Shown here one piece after another: positions 32,598-43,237 of a DNA stretch of 64,000 nt; position 1 is the first letter of the stretch; each line of letters begins with the position of its first letter. The DNA lies in NCBI GenBank assembly GCA_000091205.1, contig AP006487.2. One strand, given 5' to 3'. A program made the translations under genes and the position numbers. The notes under the pieces were generated by a model. That model was not told the DNA's origin. It ran no database searches and was given only the letters and a program-made list of their open reading frames with translations. The DNA is from Cyanidioschyzon merolae. Lineage: Eukaryota.

Positions 32598-34901
32598 CTA
32601 ATGAGAGCCGTTGGAGCCATCGAGGTCGCGGCTTGTCCGGATCGGGAGCTCAACCGGGTTGTATGGAACAAAAACGTTCTGCATATATTGCAAGAATCGT
32701 CGACGATAGAAAGCTGGCGGGCAAACCGATGGCGCTGCACCGCAATAAATAAAGAGTTTCCAGCCAAACTCCAGTCTTTTGGGTACGCTGTAATCCTGCA
32801 GTGCATCAATAATGCCGAGGCGAAGCTTGTATCCAACGTAGTTGCCAGCCTCTCGGCGAAACGCGATCAGATCCCGAAAAAGAAGCTTGTCTTCAGTGGC
32901 ATCGGTGATTCTCTGGGCGAGAGTTGGACTTTGCGGGGCCATCCCGGGCGTCGAACCTGGCAGCTGCAGTGTAAGCTTCGCCAGCGGCGACACAGTGCTC
33001 AAGAGAAGCCCCTCCTGGTCTGTGTTTGTTGATTCCAAAATGACCGGCAGCGATTGCTTCTGCGTCTCATCGGCAAACGGGATTTCCGATCCATGCGCTC
33101 GTCCTTCGTGAGTCGCACTGTGCGTGCGTTTCCATAATGGTGCCGGGATCGGTTCCGAGAGCCCAATGAGAAGCGAGTAGTCCATAATATGGAGCTCCTC
33201 CAGGAACGCCGTGTCCCTCTCGATCATGCGCATGAGGATGGTGTAATCATTTGCGCGAATCAGAAACGGTGAGCGAATGTCATCCTCTCTGAATATCGGC
33301 ACCGCAACCAGTTGAGAGAATGCAATTCTCTCTGACCACTCATGCTCCACGAAAGACGTTTGGGGCACCTGCAAATGCAATGGAGGTCTCTCTGTTCCGG
33401 TCTCATTTGAAGCAGCTGGTGATTTGCTTGAGCGAGTGCGTGCATCCGCAAGAGACGCACTTGCCTTTTTCTTGTACCGTTGAGGAAGGCTCCGTAGCGA
33501 CCTGGGGCGCGGCTTCGATCGCCGGCTTCCTTTCAGATCGTACTTTTCATGCAAGCGAAAAGCGGACGGGAATAGGTCCGGGACGACAACGAAACGAATA
33601 TGGTGTCTTTGTCGAGTCCGGATCTGAAACAGCGCTAAGTACTGCGGGAGCAGAGTGCCCAACGGATCTGAAGAAACGTAAGCGAAGTATGCTGGTAGCA
33701 GTTGAATCAGCTTCGAGTACTCCTGTCGCGTAATGGTCTTGAGTAGAAACTGCTGATCGTGCGTCAGGAAGAAAAGTGCCTGGGAGTTACCTGGACTGGG
33801 TATCTCTACCAGTCCTGCTGGGTTGCAGAGCGACCCCAGGAACTCATCGTCAGTGTAGCCGAACACGCGACGCAGACGTGCGAAAACGCGCGGTGCCGAA
33901 AACTCCCATTTGATCGAGTCGCTAAGAGGTTCTATATACCGGTTCGGTACTTCGCGGACACGGTCTCCGGCTTCCACATGGCATACAAAGGCTGCCACAA
34001 AGTCCGCATCCTGCAGAGGGGCATTGCGCTGCTGCCGCTCCTGCTCGTGGAGGACTTGAAGGGATCGGCGCACACCGGCCTGAATATTCAGCGCAATAAA
34101 CCATGAAGGATTATCCTTGAATACAGTAATCCCGGATTTGTTCCGCCGCATCACTTTCGGTTGCAGCGGGCCCCGCAGAAAAGTCGGAAGACTTCGCCGC
34201 GAACCAATACGAAAAACTCCCAGGCGCTGGAAGGTGCGCAGAAAGTCCTCCCTCAGGTTCACTTGTTCACTGAGAGAGTACTCTCGCTCAAAAGCTTGTG
34301 TCAGTTGATCGAGGCCCAAATACTGGACTCGCCGAGCCCCAGTAGAACAGAGCCGATCTCCGCCTGTCCCAGGGCTGTTGGCGTCTGTCGGCGTTGCGTG
34401 CTCGTCGCTTCGAGGGTCATCAAAGTAGCTGTTTCGCAGGTGACCATCATCAATCAACCAAAAGCCGCCTTCGTTCCCTGTATCGATAAACCGTCCGGGT
34501 TGCGGATGCCGTTCACGAACGATCCGTTCGAGCTGTTCGCGATCCATGTCATACACTCGCTTCGCATATTCGTAACGCACTCGCGTGTTTACAGGGAGCT
34601 CAACAAGCGCCTCCCACACCGGGTATGTGCTGGGTGAGGTCTCCAGCGCCACAGCGCGCTCCGCGTCCCAACAACCAAGCGATTCACATGAACCGAGTAA
34701 GATGATGTCCTCGTTCGCGATGGTGTACGAGCGAACCCGAAATACGGCTTCGCAGGTGCTAGGACTTTGGTTTTCGTCAGCATCCACGTTCGAAACGCTC
34801 ACTGAGTTCGAACGAGTCTTCGAAGCGTGGGTTCCTCTGCCTCTCAGGAGGCCGCTCACAGCGGGAATCAGAGACCAAGGCCGTCTCCTCGGCCTCTTCA
34901 T
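32598..34901 (-). CDS. Phosphatidylinositol-4-phosphate 5-kinase (PIPK catalytic domain) with N-terminal CBM20-like starch-binding domain
   Basis: CBM20-like: CEAVFRVRSYTIANEDIILLGSCESLGCWDAERAVALETSPSTYPVWEALVELPVNTRVRYEYAKRVYD. PIPK core: EFSAPRVFARLRRVFGYTDDEFLGSLCN...FFLTHDQQFLLKTITRQEYSKLIQLLPAYFAYV...HIRFVVVPDLF...MDYSLLIGL...GIIDALQDYSVPKRLEFGWK. Confidence 0.8.
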   Translation of the reverse strand: MKRPRRRPWSLIPAVSGLLRGRGTHASKTRSNSVSVSNVDADENQSPSTCEAVFRVRSYTIANEDIILLGSCESLGCWDAERAVALETSPSTYPVWEALVELPVNTRVRYEYAKRVYDMDREQLERIVRERHPQPGRFIDTGNEGGFWLIDDGHLRNSYFDDPRSDEHATPTDANSPGTGGDRLCSTGARRVQYLGLDQLTQAFEREYSLSEQVNLREDFLRTFQRLGVFRIGSRRSLPTFLRGPLQPKVMRRNKSGITVFKDNPSWFIALNIQAGVRRSLQVLHEQERQQRNAPLQDADFVAAFVCHVEAGDRVREVPNRYIEPLSDSIKWEFSAPRVFARLRRVFGYTDDEFLGSLCNPAGLVEIPSPGNSQALFFLTHDQQFLLKTITRQEYSKLIQLLPAYFAYVSSDPLGTLLPQYLALFQIRTRQRHHIRFVVVPDLFPSAFRLHEKYDLKGSRRSKPRPRSLRSLPQRYKKKASASLADARTRSSKSPAASNETGTERPPLHLQVPQTSFVEHEWSERIAFSQLVAVPIFREDDIRSPFLIRANDYTILMRMIERDTAFLEELHIMDYSLLIGLSEPIPAPLWKRTHSATHEGRAHGSEIPFADETQKQSLPVILESTNTDQEGLLLSTVSPLAKLTLQLPGSTPGMAPQSPTLAQRITDATEDKLLFRDLIAFRREAGNYVGYKLRLGIIDALQDYSVPKRLEFGWKLFIYCGAAPSVCPPAFYRRRFLQYMQNVFVPYNPVELPIRTSRDLDGSNGSH

Positions 34902-37456
34902 TGTAAGCGTAGGGTACTCTTAGCTGTGCCAACCTCTCCCGACACCTTTACATATCCCAGAGCGTGCGAGTTCTGAACCCGAAACGCTACTCAGTGGAAA
35001 GCGCTTGTCGAGTGTCGACACGAGCGCCGCTTCCCGTTCCCCGGCAGCAGACCAGCGGCAGCAAGCGACGATTCGGGGGTTCAGGGAGGTGCCGATCCGC
35101 AGCCTGCTGGGACGGGTGCGCGCTCGCCAGCAACGCAGGCCGCCGGATACCGGGGCATGTCCACGGTGCACTCGCAGACGGCGTCGGGGTAGGCACGGAC
35201 GGCAGAGTGGGTATCCGTATGGGCGCTTGAAGGGAGCCTGATTGCCGCAGAGGTCCTCTTCGTGATTCATGGAACTTGAACGAATTTATGCGGCATGCAT
35301 CTTGCTTCGCTGGCTCTCGATAACAATCGCGCAGCCGTGGAAACCTTTGTTCGACGCATTGATGCCGCACCCGATAAGGACTAGGGAATGGAGTATGCGA
35401 GAGCCCGCTCCGTGCATCGCTGATGGTGTACGCAGCCGATAGCTCTGTTGCGCGCTTTCGCTTCAAGGAGCATCGCTGGGGACGCATTCGATGCATGCTG
35501 GTCGGTTTCATACCGAACAGAATTTGCGGTCGATCGACGATGACTCCAGAGCGTTCGACCCGAAGTTGATCGAGCACCAAATGTTGTTCAGCAGGTAGCT
35601 TCTGATGGAAGCTTTTGTTGCTGGTTCGCGGTGATGGACTCGGCGGTTGCCGATGTCTGGTGTGTTCTCGTGCGTTGCACGTTCGCGCACTGCGCCTTGG
35701 TCAGATACGAACGAAGCACGGATGTGCTCGTTTTGTTTCTGCGTTACGATCTTTTCTGCAGTTTTTGAAGATGAACTGCGCCGTCATTGGAAGTTTGCGT
35801 GTAAGAGCTTATGGACTTGCATGTAGCTCTAGGACTTTCGGTCGACTTTTTTGGAGTTGATGCTTCTCCGCTCGAATTCTGTTCTACACGGGAATCGAGA
35901 TGATTCTCGTCGCTCCTGGACCAGCATTCGTGCAAGAACTGATATCACGATACAACTCGCACGTATAGGCTTCCATTTTCCTCCTCGCCTTACGTGCAGC
36001 ATATTCAGATCACGGAAAAATCAGTTGTTCGATGTTGCTGTTTCAACGCAAGTTGCGTGCGCTGCAATTGGCGCCACTGGATGGACATGACACAAAAATT
36101 TGGTGTCGTCCATTGACGATTCGTTGAAAAGCACATGTGAAATGTTCTCGGAACATGTCACGTAAAATAACCAATTCCATTCCAAGTCCGTATTCTTGTA
36201 AGTTTTCGATCAAAGATGAGACGGTGCTCCAAAAGAGTATGGTACCTCCCAGGGGATATGCCTCCAGAATCACATGGTTTCGCTGTTTGCATGGAAAAAA
36301 GTTCTTGGGGCTCGGATTTTCCGCAAAGAAACGATCTCTCTCAAGGAGAAAAGCGTCATCGCTTTGCACGAAGCAAGCGTGGACGGATCCGAATTCGTCG
36401 AATTTTATCCATTCCGGACGCTTTTCCAGGTACTTGTTTCTTCATGGACAACAGCGTCGCGTTCCGTAAATCCTCGATCGAATGGGGCAACGAGCGTTTC
36501 TCTGTGCTGCGGTCAGAACACTCGCTGAAGAGATTTGGTAGCAGAAGCCCATTTTCGTACGGTACGGAGCTCGCGGGCAGGGTAACCGTAGACGGAATCC
36601 AATGGGACCTTCTGAGCCCGTCAAGCACATGTACCGAATGATATGGCAAGCGTTTGCACGCAACGCGGCAGCTTCACGAGCAGGAGATGTGCTTGACATT
36701 TGGGATCACTTGACGACCGTCAAGTTTCACTGCTGCAAAGCTAGCACCGAGGCAATATACAAAAGCATGAAAGCGGCAAAAAAGCCTCGATCGCATCTTG
36801 TGTCTGTGCATGAACTGCGTCACCAACAGGCGGATGCTGCGAAATCGGGAATCAAACGCCGCCACCTGCATCCTTCGGCTCTTGACAACGGAACTGGGAT
36901 CACAAGACACTCGTGCGCATTCAGAGCCGTAGACTAGAGATAGCAAAAGGAAGCTGTGCCCAAAAATTCCACAAACGCCGGTGTTGATCGTATTCAGAAT
37001 AGTCATAAACTTTGGTGTGAACGCCCGTGTTTTTCCCAGTGCACTTTTTTTCAAGCACGATTGCAATAGCAAAGCGTCTGGTGCAAGAGCGTTGCAATCG
37101 CCGTCGCTCCCAGGATACCGATCTGCCGTACGCGCCGCTGCAGGGTCCGCGGATCGCGCGCCCGTGCCAAGCAACGCATCCGCCCTTGGAGCGTTACGCG
37201 CAATGCATCGATGCGATGCATTGCGCTGCGCGCTGCAGGATACCCGCCTGCAGCCGATGCCGTGCGGTGTTCGATCTCCGCATCGACTTGCGTTCAGCGT
37301 TCCAGGGGTTTCGGTTACCGCTCAGCGGCACCTAGGAATCAGAACGCTGTGGAACAGAGCGGTTCTAGGTCTAGTGGACTGTGCCATTTAAATTCTAGGA
37401 AACTTGAACGTTTCTACGGGAGCAATACATCGTCAGGAACCCCAAAACATTAAAGT

Positions 37457-38302
37457 GTGGGAAGCTGTCGCCACGCGCTGCAAAGGTGCCCGCGTACGGG
37501 TGCGAGCTGCCGACTGTACCGAACAGAATTCGGTCTGAAAATGTTTAAATCTAAACTATATCGACGCTCTTGGCGGAAAAGGCGACAAGATAATCAGCAG
37601 ATCCTGAGAAATCGGGTGCTCAAACGCAAGCAGCAGGGGCAGGAACAGCAGCAGGAACAGCAGCAGGAACAGCAGCAGGAACAGCAGCCCTGGCGACTAT
37701 GCGCGGACGTGCACGCCCTGTTCCATCGCCTGAGTGAGCACAACGCCCCCGGCGAGAAAGATATGGCACACGCTTCTCCTATGCAATCCATTACGAGGCC
37801 CGGTTCGTTGACATGTACCAGTCCGGCGCTTCGCAAAGTTCTTTCTGAGACCCGGGCAGAACTTTTTCGCACGCGGGATCGTCTCCGGGAGACGCAGCAG
37901 CAGGTCCGTGAACTGGAACATGATCGGACGAGCCTCGAGCAGGCGCTCATGCGTGTCCTTGAGTTGGATCAAGTCCTCCAGAATGGGCAGACGCCATTCC
38001 GTGCTTCCCACGTCTGGGAAACTCCACGAGAGGATCGATTGTTTTCACGTGTCGGGGTGGCGAGCACCCCATGGCTGGAGCGGAGCACGGTGTGGTTCTC
38101 CCCCCGAGAACCCAACTCTGCGAAACGAGCGTTGATCATTCAAGAGGCCCTCGAGAAACGATTTCCTCAGGAAAGGGCCCCTCGTGACGAATGGGACTGT
38201 TCACCTGTTCTCCAAACGAGCGATCTGACAGCGGACCACATTTCTTTACCTAGGAATGACACATCCGCAGCATATGAACACTTTGCCGATCGATCTATAT
38301 GA
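37457..38302 (+). CDS. Hypothetical coiled-coil protein with (QQEQ)n repeat
   Basis: 281-aa ORF; QGQEQQQEQQQEQQQEQQ from the (CAGCAGGAA)n repeat; LRETQQQVRELEHDRTSLEQALMRVLELDQVLQ heptad-like. Confidence 0.3.
   Translation: MGSCRHALQRCPRTGASCRLYRTEFGLKMFKSKLYRRSWRKRRQDNQQILRNRVLKRKQQGQEQQQEQQQEQQQEQQPWRLCADVHALFHRLSEHNAPGEKDMAHASPMQSITRPGSLTCTSPALRKVLSETRAELFRTRDRLRETQQQVRELEHDRTSLEQALMRVLELDQVLQNGQTPFRASHVWETPREDRLFSRVGVASTPWLERSTVWFSPREPNSAKRALIIQEALEKRFPQERAPRDEWDCSPVLQTSDLTADHISLPRNDTSAAYEHFADRSI
37630..37688 (+). repeat. (CAGCAGGAA)n 9-bp tandem repeat inside the ORF
   Basis: cagcaggaacagcagcaggaacagcagcaggaacagcagcaggaacagcag. Confidence 0.9.
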
Positions 38303-39384
38303 CTAGGGGCGCGCAGTGTTCCCTTCGATCGCTGACTATAGATCCCATGTATGATCGCGTGCGAGTATGTCGCCATCCGAAACATTGCAGCTCAGTACAG
38401 GCAGCGATTCACTTGCTCTGGCGATGAAGAAAGATCCTGAGAAACTGCATGGAATGCTCGTTAAACCGCATGGGAAGCAGTGCGCTGCTGGTGATATGCG
38501 CCTGTGGTATGCGCCGCGAGGTCCTCAGACACCGCTGCCGCTGGCGTCACCATGGCAGCGCCCTCTCGACTCGAACCGCATATGCTGTTGAAACGGCGTC
38601 GATGGATACCGAGGCCAATGCTCCACCGTCTCCCAATAGCACCTCAACTTCTGGGCTACATGGCTGTGGGTCCATCCAAGTTCCGAAGATGCTTCGCAAG
38701 TCGTCTTTGCCGGCCGCTATGTTTGCGAGGAAACAGCACTCGGCCACCTTAAAAAGCTGCAGCATCAACACGGCGTCGGGAATGGCTCGCATAACCTCCG
38801 CCTGTTCTGCAGCGCGACACGAAGCAAGCTTCGAGGCTGGTGGTAGTAGCTGGTTGCGTCCACGCTGCAGTTTGTCGGAAGCGAGGAAGCTGCAAGCGCC
38901 CCGTATCCGGCCAAGCTGGGGGTGCTGCGAGCTCTCCTCTATTCCCTTCAGGACGATATTGCTTTCGACCAGTGACTGAGCGCTGGTTGATGCGTCTGAA
39001 GTGCGAACGAGATAAATTAACAGAAAAACGTCAGCACAGGCGTCCGTTCACAGCTCCGTTGTATCGCCACCGCAAACGCAGTGAGAGTGCGTCGGACGCA
39101 TTCAGCGTTTCTGCAGTCATTGTTTCCTCCTGTTTCCCAAGTGCCAACGTATCAAGACGTGGGTGCTTCAACGCACACAAAGAGCAGCAGAGGAGGGTTC
39201 TCTCGATGATGAAATACGCCAGGTGTGCGCGCCGAGGACGCTGGTGCAGCGCTGACGAGCCCCTACGACCGTAGGCTGCGCGGCGAGCACATCTGTCGTA
39301 CCCCTAGGTTTGATTGGGTTCGTTCAAGTGAGCAACCGCAAAAACTAAAGCCGTGCGAGCTTTGGGCAGAAGACCTCTATCTCA

Positions 39385-40689
39385 GTGATGCTCGCAAGTG
39401 CCCGCGCACTGAACCGATCGCTGACTCAGCGAACTTTTTCTTTTGCTGGATTCGGGGACTCGCGAGTAACTGGACCTCACGCGAGCTCTGTCCGGCGCCT
39501 CTGCACTGGGCGCTTGGGTGCTGGGGCAGCTCGGCTTCCCGAGAACATTGCGCCAAACATCCTGCGGGAACTGACAAGTGCATTCAGTGCAGGTAAAGAA
39601 AGCCCGGTTTCGATACGAGAACTGCGCCGGGCGCTTTTTGACACTGTGACAGGACTTTCACCTGCATATGTCGGTCACGCCAAGGCGCTGGCGCTTCTCG
39701 CCTGGAAGGCACCTGGGCACTATGCTGCACTGCGCAGCGTCTTGTTGCGTTTATCCATAATGCGACCAGCCTGGTCACCGAAGCATATCCTCGATATTGC
39801 GAGCACCTCTGGGGGAATGGGCATCGTAGCTGCTCAGGCAACATGGCCCTCTACGAAACTCGATGCCGTGCTCCTGCACTCACACCTTGAGGCGACCGCG
39901 GCGTGCCAAACGTGGCTGCGTGCGGATACGAAAACGCGTTCCTATTTGGAATCCCCTGACGACTATGACCTAATCACCGCCGTGCATTGTCGATCTGATG
40001 GCGGCGCTTACGAACGAAGCCTCGACTTCTTCGAGCAGCTTTGGATGCGCTGTCGGGGGATGCTCGTGATCATCGAGCCCGGTTGTGCTGAAGGTTTTGC
40101 CCGTATGGAAGCTGTGCGCAGCCATTTACTGCAGCGCTTCCATTCCTCCGTGAAAGTCGCGGCACCGTGCCCCCATTCCGGTCCGTGTCCGCTGAGCACG
40201 AAGCACAATACCAAGATCGCGGCGGAGCGGGGCGAACACGGCTACCGCCACAACTTTTGCCATTTTGCTCAACGCTATCATCGAGATCCATCCCTGAAAG
40301 CGTTCGGCGCTCTGGATCGCGAAGGAAAACGTATGATGCCCTCGCATCGGGGTCATGCTCTGCGCAGATACGCTTACGTTGCGCTGGAACGAGTCCAGGA
40401 GGACGACGGCGACGACGCTGCGCGCGCCGCAACGCAGTCACAGGCTCCACCAGGTCGAATTCTGCGGGAGCCGCTACGACGTGGAGGCCACGTTGTCATG
40501 CATGTCTGCCAGCGCAACGGCCAAATTGAACAGCACACATATACGCGTCGCAAGCACGCAGACGGAACCTATCAAAGAGCGCGGCATGCTGCCTGGGGCG
40601 ACGAATGGGACGCTTCTGATCGAGACGCAGCATGTGGACTCGCTGATGCAGAGACACCGCTCGACCGTGCAGGGACGAATGTGTCCTGA
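39385..40689 (+). CDS. Rsm22/METTL17-family mitochondrial ribosomal small-subunit methyltransferase-like protein
   Basis: GMLVIIEPGCAEGFARMEAVRSHLL plus the C-terminal Cys cluster VKVAAPCPHSGPCPLS...NFCHFAQRY characteristic of Rsm22-type proteins. Confidence 0.6.
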   Translation: MMLASARALNRSLTQRTFSFAGFGDSRVTGPHASSVRRLCTGRLGAGAARLPENIAPNILRELTSAFSAGKESPVSIRELRRALFDTVTGLSPAYVGHAKALALLAWKAPGHYAALRSVLLRLSIMRPAWSPKHILDIASTSGGMGIVAAQATWPSTKLDAVLLHSHLEATAACQTWLRADTKTRSYLESPDDYDLITAVHCRSDGGAYERSLDFFEQLWMRCRGMLVIIEPGCAEGFARMEAVRSHLLQRFHSSVKVAAPCPHSGPCPLSTKHNTKIAAERGEHGYRHNFCHFAQRYHRDPSLKAFGALDREGKRMMPSHRGHALRRYAYVALERVQEDDGDDAARAATQSQAPPGRILREPLRRGGHVVMHVCQRNGQIEQHTYTRRKHADGTYQRARHAAWGDEWDASDRDAACGLADAETPLDRAGTNVS

Positions 40690-40818
40690 TCAGAGCCAGA
40701 AACAATGATTGTACCAGTCGCTCATGATCGAGCGGCCCAAGCGAAGGTGGCGGACAGCCGACTGCCTCGCGAGCAGTGCCCTACGCAGCAGTAACGCGAG
40801 GAACGTTTGCTGTAGCGC

Positions 40819-40857
40819 GCTGTGCTGTGCTGTGCTGTGCTGTGCTGTGCTTTGCTG
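40819..40857. repeat. (GCTGT)n pentanucleotide microsatellite
   Basis: gctgtgctgtgctgtgctgtgctgtgctttgctgg. Confidence 0.9.
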
Positions 40858-41567
40858 GATGGGATACATCTTGCACAGGGACGCGCGATAAGCTCCTGTC
40901 GCATGGCTTTTAGAGCTCAGTGATGAACCGGCTCCAGGTGGGCGCTTCTATCGGCACCAGGTGTGAAGGCGCGGGCTTCTCTGATGCTGCTTCTCGTCCA
41001 GAAAAGGATGTCGAAGCCCGTCCTCATCACCGGGCAATCGGTATGGGTACCTCACGGGCGCTGCGCTGGAGCACTTTATGGATCCCCACTACCGAATACG
41101 ATACGCACCACGCCGTCGGCGATGCGCCACCGGCATGCCCTCATCTAGTGCGGACACGTTGCACGACGACACGCATGCGGCCGTGCGTGTGTTCCGCGCT
41201 GCCCATCACCGCTGGACACGTGCACAGCATCAGTTCGCGAACGGTGCGTGCGCGCGTGCATGGCTTCCGAGTGAGCGGCGGCGGGATATGCGTGCACAGG
41301 ACACGTGTACAGGTCGCATGCGTGCGTGCATGCGTGATAGAAACGAAAACACGGCGGCAGCGCCCTGGAGCATCACATCGTGCTTTCTTTTCTTGCTGTC
41401 GTTCATTCACCAAAGCGCATTCTTTTTCGGGATGTTACCGCTTTCACGGATAGACCGGAATCAGTTCCGCAATGAATTACGTGTGATCGGAGTATAGCAG
41501 GTGATCTGGAGTATCGATTACGATTCGCAATTGTCGGCAAGAAACTCGTGGGTTTACTGCGTGTGCG

Positions 41568-43130
41568 TCACTGCTGTTCGTGCAGTTCACGATCGAGTGT
41601 TTCCGATAAAGCCGTCCCGATGTCTGGTGTGTATTTCGCATCGTCCGGCGCGAGGAGCTCCTCGTCGCTAGCGCGCTCCTCTGCCAGCGACACGAAGAAT
41701 CGGATGGCTAACTGTTGTGCATACGCCGGCGTAGCGTCGTCCAGGGCGTGCGCACCCGGGGCCCCCAGATGGCTCTGGAACCATGCCTGGACGCCAGCGC
41801 TTAACTGCTCGACCCGCTCCGTGGGGTACAGACGCAGAACGGCAAGCCACTGGTCCGGAGAACCTGGCAGAACGGTTTCCGATTCTCCGAGGACAAGCCG
41901 GGCCGAGTCCCCAGCAATGCACAGCGGGATACAGCCAGCGCTCATGGCCACGGCGATACGTCCCTGCCAATGCGGACTCGCCGAAACCAAGCAGAAACGA
42001 GTGCTCGACGCCAGCGACCAGAGGTCCAGAGCGTCGCTGCTGGTGAAGAAGCGAACGTCAGTCTCGGCATACCAGGACGCCACGTAGAGTGATTCGGACG
42101 GCAGCAGCTGCGTCAACACGGAAACCGTATACGGCCGCGATTCCGTTGTCTTTTGTCTGGAGCTTGGCGCGTCGAATGCATTCGGAAAAGGCGGAACGAG
42201 CCAGCGCACTTCCAAGCTTGGCACGCTAGTGTCGAAGAGCATCTCAGTGGAGGACACGATAAGCGCAGTCTCGCCTGCGAGGATGACATGGCGACAGCGG
42301 CGACAACACGACTCTGAGCCACGGTTCGCCGCCAGTGCGCGACAAAGCGCTCGTGCAGCTTCGATGGGGCCGCGCGATGCAACGCTGGGCGAAGCGCTCG
42401 CCAGTAGCGTCACCAGGATATCAGCGGCGTCCGGGTCAACAGTGCGGTACGGATAGTGCAGCGCATACTGCTGCGCCGCATTCGCTGCCAACGCAGCGTA
42501 CGCTGGTACGTACTGGGATGCACTGCCGCCCCAGAGTTGACTATACAACCACCCAGGATACACGAAAATGCGTGGGGGCGTCAGATTCTGGGCCTTCGAC
42601 GTCCAGGCCCAGGACGTCGTTGACAATGTGGCAAGTGATTCGAGCGCACTGATGCGTCCCAGCTGAGCGTTCGGCGCTGACGCGGGTTCCGCGGTAGCCG
42701 CTTTCGCCCGGAACGGCGCCGAGGGGGTGTCCCAGAACGCCGCCGACGGGCTATCGCGGCTGGCGGCTAGCGCATCCAGCCAGTCCGCGAGGTTACCTCG
42801 ATCCGGAGCCATCAGTCGCAGCGTCGAATAGACTGCCAAGCATGCAATAATAAGGTGCACAGCCCAGCGTCGTAGGTGGTAGAGACTTGCGTTGGCGGAC
42901 CAGCGCCGCAGCAGCGACGCGTACGGCGTGACGCTACCTGGAAAAGGTGTCCGCAACATCGGCTCTTGCGAGGCTGCTACGTCGCAGCTGCGAAGAGCGA
43001 CGGTCGGCCTAGGTCCTTTCAGCGCACGCGCACCGTCTATAAGCGTTGCGCTTTGCCCGAGGAGCGTTCCCGGGCTGGCCGAGTGTAGCGCGCGCGTCCG
43101 GCGGAGGGCCAGGGCTTCGTGCCGGCGCAC
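41568..43130 (-). CDS. Type-II membrane glycosyltransferase, exostosin (GT47)-like
   Basis: N-terminal signal-anchor WAVHLIIACLAVYSTLRLM. C-terminal RFCLVSASPHWQGRIAVAMSAGCIPLCIAGDSARLVLGESETVLPG resembles the exostosin C-terminal GT47 motif. Family-level call only. Confidence 0.5.
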   Translation of the reverse strand: MRRHEALALRRTRALHSASPGTLLGQSATLIDGARALKGPRPTVALRSCDVAASQEPMLRTPFPGSVTPYASLLRRWSANASLYHLRRWAVHLIIACLAVYSTLRLMAPDRGNLADWLDALAASRDSPSAAFWDTPSAPFRAKAATAEPASAPNAQLGRISALESLATLSTTSWAWTSKAQNLTPPRIFVYPGWLYSQLWGGSASQYVPAYAALAANAAQQYALHYPYRTVDPDAADILVTLLASASPSVASRGPIEAARALCRALAANRGSESCCRRCRHVILAGETALIVSSTEMLFDTSVPSLEVRWLVPPFPNAFDAPSSRQKTTESRPYTVSVLTQLLPSESLYVASWYAETDVRFFTSSDALDLWSLASSTRFCLVSASPHWQGRIAVAMSAGCIPLCIAGDSARLVLGESETVLPGSPDQWLAVLRLYPTERVEQLSAGVQAWFQSHLGAPGAHALDDATPAYAQQLAIRFFVSLAEERASDEELLAPDDAKYTPDIGTALSETLDRELHEQQ

Positions 43131-43237
43131 GTCGCCGCTGTCTTTCTTCTCCAGCGGTGGCGCTCGACGCTGCTGCGTTCCAGGTACACCCGCGGCCGGC
43201 GACCAGGATCCAAACTGGTGGTCCGCTTGCGCAACCT

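Noticed and set aside
43046-43237. Longer SepSecS ORF starting at 43046
   Set aside because: It would overlap the divergent exostosin-like gene by 85 bp and adds 64 non-conserved R/G/A-rich residues. Homology begins right after the ATG at 43238.
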